Source: a virus (Duplodnaviria > Caudoviricetes). From it: a stretch of 64,000 nt of DNA. Made by a program: the position numbers and the translations under genes. Shown here in pieces: positions 37,801-46,712 of this stretch. The notes beneath the pieces are model-generated. The model ran no database searches and was not told the DNA's origin. It was given only the letters and a program-made list of their open reading frames with translations. Positions within the stretch are counted from its first letter, which is position 1, and the number at the start of each line of letters is the position of its first letter. The stretch covers positions 30,698 to 94,697 of IMG/VR virus record IMGVR_UViG_3300021387_000189, one strand, 5' to 3'.

Positions 37801-37894
37801 ATGTCATCTTTATGTTAAGTTTCTTCCTAGACTACAGAAGTGCACTATTATGCATAGCACACTTCTGTCTATTTCTTTGCCTAGTACGTTAGCA

Positions 37895-39247
37895 TCAGAC
37901 TATTGTAGAGTTGAGGACTGCACTCAAGTCTCCAATCCCAGGCGCCGTCTGTGGTGCTGCAGGCTGAGTTGTAGAGTTCAGTATAGAGTCAACGCTGCTC
38001 ATGTCTATGCCATTGATAGCTGCTGTTGGAGCTGCAGGTGGAGCTTGCATTCCAGGCATCTCCGTGCCAACACTAAGTCCTGGGACACCTACACCAAGGT
38101 TAGCAGTTGGGTCTATTGATGGAGTTGATGGATTCTGTGGTACCATGTTCTCAAGTCCCATCGCTGGCATTGCAGGAGCTGGTGCTGCAGGCTGAGACAA
38201 GATAGATCCAAGACTAGGTGTTGCTGGTGCTGCAGGCTGTGCTGGTGCTGCAGGCATCTGCATTCCACTCATTGGAGATGTTGGCATCTGTGGCTGCTGA
38301 GCATAGATCTGTGTTGGATCAACAACGGTTGGAGTAATTGATGGCTGTGCAGCAGCCATAGGTTGCTGGACTGACATTGCTCCTGCCATAGATGCTTGCT
38401 GCAGTGCAGTGATAGGAGCACCATTGAGGATCTTGCCATGAAGCAGAATCATCTCATCAACATACTTCTTAGTCTCTTCATCCCAAGGATGATACATGTA
38501 CTCACTGAGCTTTGGTGCATTCTCAGTCAAGAAGTTAGAGATAAGCTGACGTCCTTGCTCTGTCTGTGCCATCTCAAGAGTTGCAGGCACAACTTGCTTC
38601 TGGCCAGGAACCTGTGGGTTGTCAACCACAAGTCTCATGCAGTTTGCAGGATACTGTATGTCAAAGAAGAATGACTGGTCTAAGTTGTTGAAGTTCTGCT
38701 GCTTGACTGCTACGACTTTGAAAGGACGTCCTTTGAAAAGATCAAATGGCTGACGTGGTGCTTGTCCTTGCATGACTGGAGTCTTCTCCTGGCAAATCTT
38801 CTCATAGATCTTGATTCCATACTTCCAAATAAGGATCTTGTTAGTCAGAGATGGGTCTTGTGGACACTCAATGACTTGTACAAGAGAATAGAAGTTCTGG
38901 TGTCTCTTGAAGTTGTCTTGCAATGCTGCAGCTTGGGCATTCTTTGAGTTCCTCAAAGCGAAGAACATCTGTGTGAGTGGGTCAGGCTCGCCAACTGTAG
39001 ATGGACTGTCAATTGTCTTACCTTGGTCTGTAAGAGGATTCTTGAGGAAAACTGTCCACTTCTGGATGATTGACAAGTCTTTTGGATTCTCTGGATTAGG
39101 AAGGAAACGAATGACTGCTTCGAACTTTCCTGAATCACCACCTTTCTTATAAGAGGGCCTAAACTCTTTGATTGCTTCTACTGGTGTCTCAGTGTTGTTG
39201 AGGTTAAGTCCCTCAGGATTGAACAATGCGGAAATTAAGTCTGCCAT
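37895..39247 (-). CDS. Single-stranded DNA-binding protein, T4 gp32-like, with a long P/A/Q/M-rich tail
   Basis: AVIRFLP, DSPSTVGEPDP, IWKYG.KIYEKI, PFDLFKG.PF; located between uvsX and primase. Confidence 0.8.
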   Translation of the reverse strand: MADLISALFNPEGLNLNNTETPVEAIKEFRPSYKKGGDSGKFEAVIRFLPNPENPKDLSIIQKWTVFLKNPLTDQGKTIDSPSTVGEPDPLTQMFFALRNSKNAQAAALQDNFKRHQNFYSLVQVIECPQDPSLTNKILIWKYGIKIYEKICQEKTPVMQGQAPRQPFDLFKGRPFKVVAVKQQNFNNLDQSFFFDIQYPANCMRLVVDNPQVPGQKQVVPATLEMAQTEQGRQLISNFLTENAPKLSEYMYHPWDEETKKYVDEMILLHGKILNGAPITALQQASMAGAMSVQQPMAAAQPSITPTVVDPTQIYAQQPQMPTSPMSGMQMPAAPAQPAAPATPSLGSILSQPAAPAPAMPAMGLENMVPQNPSTPSIDPTANLGVGVPGLSVGTEMPGMQAPPAAPTAAINGIDMSSVDSILNSTTQPAAPQTAPGIGDLSAVLNSTIV

Positions 39248-39442
39248 AATAGTTAATTGCTGTAATTGCCTTATGTAATTTTTGATTTGTGTTTCTCAAT
39301 GTTAAAATCTATATCAATACTTGTTAATAAAGTTTAATGCTTCAATGCTATATTTGCTAAGTTATGATCTTTTTCAGGAGATCTCTATATTTATTCATGA
39401 AACTATTGAAACTGAGTGACCAGCTACAAATAAAATATAAGC

Positions 39443-40567
39443 ATGTTTGAAGACCCATCACACAACACTTTGTTTGGACTAGACTCTTCTCTGATTCCAG
39501 AGAAGCAGCTTAGTGATGAAGAGTTCAGGAAGTCTATCTATGACAAGCTTCAAGCAGTCTTAGAGAAAGCTTTTCCAGGAGACAGAGAGCGTCAGAAGAT
39601 CAAGATAGCATATGACAGGTGGCAGTTTGCATGTCCATTCTGTGGAGACAGTGCTAAGCTGTCTTTCAAGAAGAGAGGAAACTTCATATTCAAGGAAGGA
39701 CCATTCTTCAACTCTTTCAAGTGCTTCAACTGCGACACATTCATGCCTATCAGCAAGTTCTTCAAGAGATTCAACACAGATCTCAGCATGGAAGCAGTAG
39801 ACTACTTGCTTGCTAACAAGAATGCCGGAAGCATGAGCATCAGCAAGCATGGAGACTACAAGACAAGTCTGTTCAATGCTGCTGAGATGAGAGAGCTTGG
39901 TGTACCAATAGAGACTATCAAGCAAATGTTTGGCTTAGTTGCTCCAAATGAAGACACTACTTGCTGGAAGTACTTGACAGGGCGAATGCAGAATGACTTC
40001 ACCAAGTTCTTGTATGATCCAAAGAACAAGACTCTGCTAGTCATCAACACAATAGATGACAAAGTCATAGCATTCCAGTTGAAGAGCCTGGTAAAGAAGA
40101 AAGGTGAGATGTCTAAGTACATCACTATAAGCTTGAACAAGATTCACAAAGATCTTCTTAGAGATGGAATTGAAGTGTCTCATGACATGGACAGTCTGTC
40201 AATGTTGTTCAACTTGTATCAGGTGAATCCAGACAAGCCAGTCCTTGCTACTGAAGGCCCTATGGACTCTTTCTTGCTTCCTAATTGCATTGCTATCCTT
40301 GGAGCACACAAGTCTGTCAACATTGGATTGCCACTTTGGTATGTGTATGATGATGACAAAGACGGAAGAGCAAAAGCAATCAAGATGCTTGAGAACTCAC
40401 AGAATGTGTTCATGTGGGACAAGCTCAAGAGTGAGTACATGATGCCAATGAGAAAGAAATGGGATATCAATGACTTCTTCTTGTGGTGTCGCAAGCAAGG
40501 TGTGAAGACTCCTACTCTTTGGAGACAGTATTTCACTAATGATCCACTAGACATACTAAGCATTTAA
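39443..40567 (+). CDS. DNA primase, T4 gp61-like
   Basis: Zn finger CPFCGDS...CFNC; TOPRIM motifs TEGPMDS and YDDD; KWDIND. Confidence 0.9.
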   Translation: MFEDPSHNTLFGLDSSLIPEKQLSDEEFRKSIYDKLQAVLEKAFPGDRERQKIKIAYDRWQFACPFCGDSAKLSFKKRGNFIFKEGPFFNSFKCFNCDTFMPISKFFKRFNTDLSMEAVDYLLANKNAGSMSISKHGDYKTSLFNAAEMRELGVPIETIKQMFGLVAPNEDTTCWKYLTGRMQNDFTKFLYDPKNKTLLVINTIDDKVIAFQLKSLVKKKGEMSKYITISLNKIHKDLLRDGIEVSHDMDSLSMLFNLYQVNPDKPVLATEGPMDSFLLPNCIAILGAHKSVNIGLPLWYVYDDDKDGRAKAIKMLENSQNVFMWDKLKSEYMMPMRKKWDINDFFLWCRKQGVKTPTLWRQYFTNDPLDILSI

Positions 40568-40571
40568 ATCT

Positions 40572-40946
40572 ATGGCAATATCTCCTAGCAAATTCTTGAA
40601 GGCTCTTAGAGAGTCAGATTTCTTCATAGAGTCAATATACATGTACGGTGGATGCTATCAGCTGTACAAAATACTGAAGACGATCTTTCCAGATGCAAAG
40701 CCTTATATCAGCTCTTCTATGTTGCATGTAGCAACATTGATACATGGTACTTTGTATGACATCAATGGAAGAATAAGTTCTCTTGAAGAGAAGAAATTCA
40801 AGCCAATGACTATAGAAGATATGGCTGAGGCTGAGAAATGGAGCTTTGCTGGAAACAATGACTTGTACTATGGTGAGTGTCCAAATTGTGGAGAGCCAAT
40901 AAAGATAGACAGGCAAAAGCTAATCAACATGAACACAAGTCTTTAG
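40572..40946 (+). CDS. Hypothetical protein with a C-terminal CPNC motif
   Basis: GGCY, HV, YDING motifs. Confidence 0.7.
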   Translation: MAISPSKFLKALRESDFFIESIYMYGGCYQLYKILKTIFPDAKPYISSSMLHVATLIHGTLYDINGRISSLEEKKFKPMTIEDMAEAEKWSFAGNNDLYYGECPNCGEPIKIDRQKLINMNTSL

Positions 40947-41105
40947 CATCTAGATAGCCCTACTAAACGTCGTTGATGCTGGGCAGACAAGGGAAACTCC
41001 AGTAAATAGGCTAACTATGACAAAGAACGTGATGAATCGGAACAGAGATTGTATTCAATCAATCTACTCAGTACACAGCTCAAGTGAGTGATGCTTAGAG
41101 ACTCA

Positions 41106-41133
41106 AAGAGCCAGCTTGACAAAGCTGGCTCTT
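41106..41133. terminator. Terminator hairpin
   Basis: AAGAGCCAGCTT-gaca-AAGCTGGCTCTT. Confidence 0.75.
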
Positions 41134-41148
41134 GTTAGTTTGATATTT

Positions 41149-41460
41149 CTACATCTTAGGGAATGATGGCATGCTTGGCATCTGAGGCATCTGAGGCATT
41201 GATGGAGCTTGCATCTGCTGCATCTGCTGCATGTTTGGCATGTTCCTCTGCATTTGCTCTACTTGAGCATTGTATTTCTCATTCTCTACTTTAGTCTGCT
41301 CATTCCTCTCTTCAACCCAGTCTAAGTATTGCTGAAGCAAGTACAAGACAAACCAGAACTCAAGATGATCAATCTCACTTGGCACAATGTGAAGGTCTTT
41401 AGCCATCACAAAGTAGATCATGACAATGTCTTTGTATGGAATCTTGAAGTGACTGTTCAA
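41149..41460 (-). CDS. gp51-like baseplate hub assembly factor / tail chaperone C-terminal part
   Basis: LHIVPSEIDHLEFW..YL motif directly after the gp26-like gene; start codon uncertain. Confidence 0.55.
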   Translation of the reverse strand: MNSHFKIPYKDIVMIYFVMAKDLHIVPSEIDHLEFWFVLYLLQQYLDWVEERNEQTKVENEKYNAQVEQMQRNMPNMQQMQQMQAPSMPQMPQMPSMPSFPKM

Positions 41461-41479
41461 GATTTGTCCAAAGACATCA

Positions 41480-42604
41480 TTATATGAGCTCGTCCATTGA
41501 ATACAAGAATAAGGACTTGATCCCTCCCTGAAAGTTGAGAGGAGCCGTCTGCTCCATTCCCTCCTTGTCTCTGTATATGAACCTTGGATTGCTAGCAGCT
41601 GTCAGGACTCTTCTGAATTGCTCAATGATTGAGTACTCTGCAATGCCAAAGTGATCACACGAGCCAATAATGTCTCTATATGTCTCATCATTGAGCCCTC
41701 TGTGATCTTTGATGAGCAGAGGTGCCATCTTCAAGAAGTCTTGATCAATCATCTCTTGCATCTGAGTCTTCTTCTGCAAGTAGCTCTTGAGCCACTGGTC
41801 TACTCCTACACTTGGCATGTAGATATGCAATGGCTTCTTAAGGCTGATAACTCTTCCTTGCTTAGAAGTGAAGTTCTGTATAGTGAAGCACTTGTTCTCT
41901 GCATCATAGAACTTCATGATCTTGTTCTCAAACTTGATGAAGTCAATGTTGTCCTTCTTCAGAGGAAGCTGCTCTTTCTCTGTAATCTTGATCATGAGCT
42001 CATTGTTTCCATCTGGGAATGTAAAGTCTCTGATAGCAAGAATCACATAGAATCTGTCAATCTCCTTCAAGTCTTTGTAGTCTGCAATCAGCCCAACACT
42101 GTCTGGGAACTTCACTGACAAGCATCTCTCAAGGATATAGTTCAATGAGTCATCAATGTCACTAAGCTCTGTCTCATTAGTCTGTGACCAGTGCCTGATC
42201 TCACCTCCAGTAGCAGCTCTTATGAAGAGCTTTGTTCCTGCAGGATAGAAGATGCCTTTTGTAGGTAAAGTCTGCACATCAATAGGCAAATATCCTAATC
42301 CATTTGCATGAATCTCTTCGTTGATTTGCTTCCTTCTCTCTTCTTGAGCAGCTTCAAGCTCATCTCCATAGTTCCTTGTAGGAGCTGATGGCGCTACAGG
42401 AGGTCTGTTGTTGATTGCTCCTGCATTTGCTTCTGCCCTGTCAATAAGAGAAGCTGCATCTTCACTAGTCATTGTGGTTCCACCTTGAGGAGCAATAGGC
42501 TCTATTCCAGGAATTGGCCTAGCTGAAGCTGTTGCTACATTCCTCTGATCCATTTGATCTGCATATCTCTGCAGGTCTGCATCATTGTTCTTTGTTCTTG
42601 GCAT
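41480..42604 (-). CDS. gp26-like baseplate hub assembly protein
   Basis: LPTKGIFYP...IRAAT..EI, C, DL.EIDR.YVILAIR..TF. Confidence 0.6.
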   Translation of the reverse strand: MPRTKNNDADLQRYADQMDQRNVATASARPIPGIEPIAPQGGTTMTSEDAASLIDRAEANAGAINNRPPVAPSAPTRNYGDELEAAQEERRKQINEEIHANGLGYLPIDVQTLPTKGIFYPAGTKLFIRAATGGEIRHWSQTNETELSDIDDSLNYILERCLSVKFPDSVGLIADYKDLKEIDRFYVILAIRDFTFPDGNNELMIKITEKEQLPLKKDNIDFIKFENKIMKFYDAENKCFTIQNFTSKQGRVISLKKPLHIYMPSVGVDQWLKSYLQKKTQMQEMIDQDFLKMAPLLIKDHRGLNDETYRDIIGSCDHFGIAEYSIIEQFRRVLTAASNPRFIYRDKEGMEQTAPLNFQGGIKSLFLYSMDELI

Positions 42605-42673
42605 TTATCAAGTTGTTTCTTCTTTTCTTTGATGTATATATCATTGTCTTTGCAAAAAATGCTCTCAGGATGT

Positions 42674-43231
42674 CTAGAGCAAAGACACAAGCCACAAGAA
42701 TCCACTAGCAATCTGGCTTCTGAACACCCAACACACACACCCAATCAATGCAGTGTAGAACAACAGTATCCAGTAGAATCTTGGATTGTTGACAGTCATT
42801 GGTGTGAAAGTGAATGTGATTCCATAGTATCCAGACATGTTGCCTTCTTCATCTGCAAAGTCAATGAACTCTGTCAGCAAGTACTCTCCCCACAAGAGCT
42901 CATCAAACAAGTAGTTGTGCTCAGTCTGAGACACATCAATCAAGTACAGATTCTTCTGTCGGTCATTCAAGCCAATGACTCTGTTCCTGTCCATGATCTT
43001 CTGTGTGTACACTACGTTGCCAAGCTTGTTGACTTTGAGGCCAAGCTTGTTGAACTTAGAGTTTGGGTCTTTCTTAAGATTTAGGATTTCTCTCCTGAAC
43101 TTGAGGAAATTCTTTATGTCATAGAATGCAGACACTAGTGCAACATAGAGCCAAGCAAAGTTGCTTATGAGCCATACTCTGTTGTACCATTTGCTCTTGT
43201 CTTGTGTCTGTATGTAAGTCTTAGTTGCCAT
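42674..43231 (-). CDS. Protein with two transmembrane segments
   Basis: N- and C-terminal hydrophobic helices; AAAC-N16-TATATAA upstream (43268-43294). Confidence 0.7.
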   Translation of the reverse strand: MATKTYIQTQDKSKWYNRVWLISNFAWLYVALVSAFYDIKNFLKFRREILNLKKDPNSKFNKLGLKVNKLGNVVYTQKIMDRNRVIGLNDRQKNLYLIDVSQTEHNYLFDELLWGEYLLTEFIDFADEEGNMSGYYGITFTFTPMTVNNPRFYWILLFYTALIGCVCWVFRSQIASGFLWLVSLL

Positions 43232-43292
43232 ATGGTATATATCAAGTCCTAAAATATAGTCTCAATATTATATAGCAAGTGTTAAATAATGT

Positions 43293-44006
43293 TTAAAGCT
43301 CTTCTCTTTTCTTGATGTTGAACAACACATCTCCTACAAGCTTCTTGATATTGCCTGGCTTGAGATTGTTCAATGCATTTGTTCCTCCTTCTTCTGCTAC
43401 TTTGTTAATAGTAGACTCCCAAATCTCTTGATAGTGATTAGCAAATAGCTTAAATGCTTCCTTGACTTGATGCAACGCTCTTTCTGTAGGTTTGAACAAT
43501 AAGTTTGTACTTCCCTTTGGTACAGTTGGATCTATTTCAACAAGATCATTGAAGAATACATCAAAGAATCTCCACTTTCGATTAATATACCAAACTCTAG
43601 TATTTACATATCCTAGTCTATTCTCTAAAGATACAAAAATTCCAATGCCATCTTTTAAGTTGAGATTAGAGTCAATGGAACTAGTGTGTCTAATATAGAA
43701 GCACAAGTTACTCCATAATTCATCATTCTTTGCTTGTTCGGACAAATTTAGTCCTCTAAACGTTCTAGATTTGCAGTAATCAAGCCCTTTAGCCGATGGC
43801 AAGCCTGCTATCGCTTCTTCTGTAGATTTGTCAAGCTCTTTAAAGAAGTCCTTCATATCCATAAGATCATCTGATATAGCATCGTTGAAGTCTCGCTCAT
43901 GTTCTTCTTTGTTCTTTTCATAATTTTTAGACACTCTCTTGCTAAGTCCAAGAGCCATTTCAGACTCTTTGATGTTGTTGAACCACTCTAATGCATTGAC
44001 TTTCAT
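43293..44006 (-). CDS. Late single-module protein beginning with the full tag
   Basis: MKVNALEWFNNIKESEMALGLSKRVSKNYEK; ATAAATA at 44033-44039. Confidence 0.85.
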   Translation of the reverse strand: MKVNALEWFNNIKESEMALGLSKRVSKNYEKNKEEHERDFNDAISDDLMDMKDFFKELDKSTEEAIAGLPSAKGLDYCKSRTFRGLNLSEQAKNDELWSNLCFYIRHTSSIDSNLNLKDGIGIFVSLENRLGYVNTRVWYINRKWRFFDVFFNDLVEIDPTVPKGSTNLLFKPTERALHQVKEAFKLFANHYQEIWESTINKVAEEGGTNALNNLKPGNIKKLVGDVLFNIKKREEL

Positions 44007-44054
44007 GATATATTAAACAGTAAACTTTAAAATATTTATCAAATAGAATATAGT

Positions 44055-44519
44055 ATGGAGCAAGAGCAACAACAAGTACAAGAGAAGACTCTAGAAGAGA
44101 AGCTTCAAGACACTAGAGAGCGATGGACTAACATTGTCAGAGATCTCACAGCTGGGATGAAGGACCTTCCTGCAATCGAGAAGCTCTTGAATCAAGTGTA
44201 TATCAAGAGACAAGAGTGTGTTGAGTACTTGTCTAGCTTGCTTGTCACTTATGGCAAGCTGCAGAGAGCTCACAAGACAATGTATGCTCAGAGATACAAC
44301 TTCTACAAGACAGGTGCACAGCTTAGGTACTCTAATGACTCTGCTATTGCTACCCAGATTGATGCAGAGCCACAGATGAATGACCTCAACGAGAAGCTAG
44401 ACTTGATAAGAGTTCATGTAGAGGCTATGAGAGAGACTCTAAAGACAATAGACAACTTGATATTTGGAATATCACAAAGGACTAGAATCTATGAGATGAT
44501 GAATGGTCTCAAGTTCTAG
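44055..44519 (+). CDS. uvsY: Recombination mediator, UvsY-like
   Basis: 154-aa helical protein, RYNFYK, IDAE, LKTIDN..F.I; near uvsX and gp32. Confidence 0.55.
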   Translation: MEQEQQQVQEKTLEEKLQDTRERWTNIVRDLTAGMKDLPAIEKLLNQVYIKRQECVEYLSSLLVTYGKLQRAHKTMYAQRYNFYKTGAQLRYSNDSAIATQIDAEPQMNDLNEKLDLIRVHVEAMRETLKTIDNLIFGISQRTRIYEMMNGLKF

Positions 44520-44555
44520 TCCTTTATTATAATATAAGAATATTATATAGTAGCT

Positions 44556-45194
44556 TTATACAGAGAGAGTGCAAATCTCTTTCTTCCTCAGCTTGCCTTG
44601 CTTGTATCCGTTCTCTTCAATGTAGAGAATCTCAACATAGTCATCATCAGACTCTGCTGCATTGTAAGAGTCTCCTGAAATCATGATTTTCCTTGTAGCA
44701 TCTCCATCAGGACCAAGGACTACACCATGGACATAGCTGTCTCTGACTCCATCAACAGTTCCTTGAATGTCAACATCCTCGTCTCTTGGAACTTCAGGAA
44801 TCTCAGTCAATGTGATGTCACTCTTCTCTGGTGAGCAAATCAGCTCACCAGACTCATTGACAACTTTGACTTTCATGTTGTTCCTCTTCCTCTTGTACTC
44901 TGCAATGTTGACATAGCAGTCATCAAGAAGCTCAAGACCTTCAACTATGCATCCTACCCAATAGTTGCTCTCATCTAGCAAAGCTCCATCTTTGTCAAAC
45001 TTGAACTGCTTGTCTACAACATCTACTTTGCCTACAGGCTCTAAGCTTCCTCTTGAGCACTCTATAGTCATTCCATCTTGCAAGATGACAAATGTACCAT
45101 CAGGGTTCATGCTAGTCACACTAGCTTTCTTTCCTTTGAACAACACTGTCTCTCCTGGCTGTATCTCTATCTTGACACTCTTAGTCTCTTCCAT
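44556..45194 (-). CDS. Late hypothetical protein (possible virion protein)
   Basis: ATAAATA at 45221-45227; contains LDES and VNES. Confidence 0.7.
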   Translation of the reverse strand: MEETKSVKIEIQPGETVLFKGKKASVTSMNPDGTFVILQDGMTIECSRGSLEPVGKVDVVDKQFKFDKDGALLDESNYWVGCIVEGLELLDDCYVNIAEYKRKRNNMKVKVVNESGELICSPEKSDITLTEIPEVPRDEDVDIQGTVDGVRDSYVHGVVLGPDGDATRKIMISGDSYNAAESDDDYVEILYIEENGYKQGKLRKKEICTLSV

Positions 45195-45236
45195 CTATGA
45201 GAAATTTAATAAAGTTTCCTTATTTATTGGAATATG

Positions 45237-45491
45237 CTAGTTGATGAAGATAGTGTCTTTCTCATGAGCAATTGAGAATTGAGTACGAATTTGCTTAGCT
45301 GTCTGGACTAAGCTCTCAATGAGTCTCTCTATCTGTCGATATGGCACATCTTGCAATGGATTAGCAAACAACTCTCTAGAGATTACTCGATTGAGTATTC
45401 CCTTCTCCCAGAAGTGATATCCAAGATTTGTGAAGTTGTCTTGTGCATGCTTCTGCTTCCACTTGTATGACCTTATCTTGTTGAGCTTCAT
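45237..45491 (-). CDS. Late hypothetical protein
   Basis: ATAAATA at 45499-45505. Confidence 0.65.
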   Translation of the reverse strand: MKLNKIRSYKWKQKHAQDNFTNLGYHFWEKGILNRVISRELFANPLQDVPYRQIERLIESLVQTAKQIRTQFSIAHEKDTIFIN

Positions 45492-45509
45492 TGCATGCTA
45501 TTTATTGCA

Positions 45510-46241
45510 TTAGTCTCCAGTATAGTGACCAGGACCACCATGATATCCATAAGCGTCTGGCCTAGGGTGATTCTTCCTGTGCTCTTCAGATCTTCTCTCT
45601 TGTTCCTGCTTGATTGAAGCATCAAGAGCTGGGTCATACAAGAAGTCTATGTAGAATCTCTTTCCAGAATGATCACTGAAAATTTCCCATCCTTCAATCA
45701 TCCTTTTCTGGATATTCATGTCATCATTTTCCATGAGAGACCTCCAGGCCCACTTAGCTAAAGTCTCATAAGTGTATATAGTTCCCCTCTCTAGCTCAGT
45801 CAATAAGGTGCTAAGACTCCACTTCCCAAGCTCTACTTTTGATCTGTTAGTTCTAGGATTGTATCCTCTCATTTCTACAATGACATCTCTAGCACTATAC
45901 ACAAAGTTGTGCTTCAAGTGTAGGACTAAAGCATTGATGTGCTTCTTGAACACATTGACAAACGCTTCTTCACTCTTGAAGTTCTTCTGCCAGCTATCTT
46001 CTACTTTGATGAATGTATAGTCTCGATACTTGTCAAACTCTTTCTCTTTTAGTTCTTCAAGACTCTTCTCTTGAGCTCTCTTAGCATAGTCAAGAGCCGT
46101 CCACCGCTTTATGTCTATCCTCCTACAGCCCTTCCAAAGATCAAATATCTCTTTGTAAAGTTCTGGAGTGTATCCATGATAGTACTTCTTCAAGTACTTT
46201 GGAGCATTTACCTCTTGTGGCTCTAGCTTGAGTGCAGACAT
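45510..46241 (-). CDS. Late hypothetical protein
   Basis: Likely start MSALKLEP downstream of ATAAATA (46264-46270). Confidence 0.7.
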   Translation of the reverse strand: MSALKLEPQEVNAPKYLKKYYHGYTPELYKEIFDLWKGCRRIDIKRWTALDYAKRAQEKSLEELKEKEFDKYRDYTFIKVEDSWQKNFKSEEAFVNVFKKHINALVLHLKHNFVYSARDVIVEMRGYNPRTNRSKVELGKWSLSTLLTELERGTIYTYETLAKWAWRSLMENDDMNIQKRMIEGWEIFSDHSGKRFYIDFLYDPALDASIKQEQERRSEEHRKNHPRPDAYGYHGGPGHYTGD

Positions 46242-46272
46242 TTTGTTGATATTGTTATTTGTATATTTATGC

Positions 46273-46575
46273 CTATACAAGCCTTGAAGTGCATACACTG
46301 AAGTTTGGCTTAGCACACAAGACTTCAAGACTCCAGTTGTCTTTGAGTAGCTTGTCTCTGACAACCTTCACTACTGCAAGCAATCCTCCATGCTCATCTT
46401 TGATTTGTGCCCACTTTGGATCCCACATGACATAGTTGTCAAGCCAATCAACTGGGAGAACACCTTTGTCGGTCTTGATTTCTCCTGCAAGCTTCTCAAC
46501 TTCTTTGACCTCTACCACTGTGCCAGTGTTGACATTCATAATCTTGACTCCTGGCTTAATCATCTCTAATTCCAT
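46273..46575 (-). CDS. Early hypothetical protein
   Basis: Start MELEMIKPG after TATATTTG (46601-46608) and a GTTAA pair (46647-46661). Confidence 0.65.
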   Translation of the reverse strand: MELEMIKPGVKIMNVNTGTVVEVKEVEKLAGEIKTDKGVLPVDWLDNYVMWDPKWAQIKDEHGGLLAVVKVVRDKLLKDNWSLEVLCAKPNFSVCTSRLV

Positions 46576-46712
46576 ACTCTTATATTGTCTGATTATGCTG
46601 CAAATATACAAAATATATGTGACAATAAGAAATTTCTCATGGGTCTTTAACATACTTTAACTCCTAGACAATTCTTTGCCTAGGAGTCTGTATTTGATAT
46701 TAGCTTGTATTC

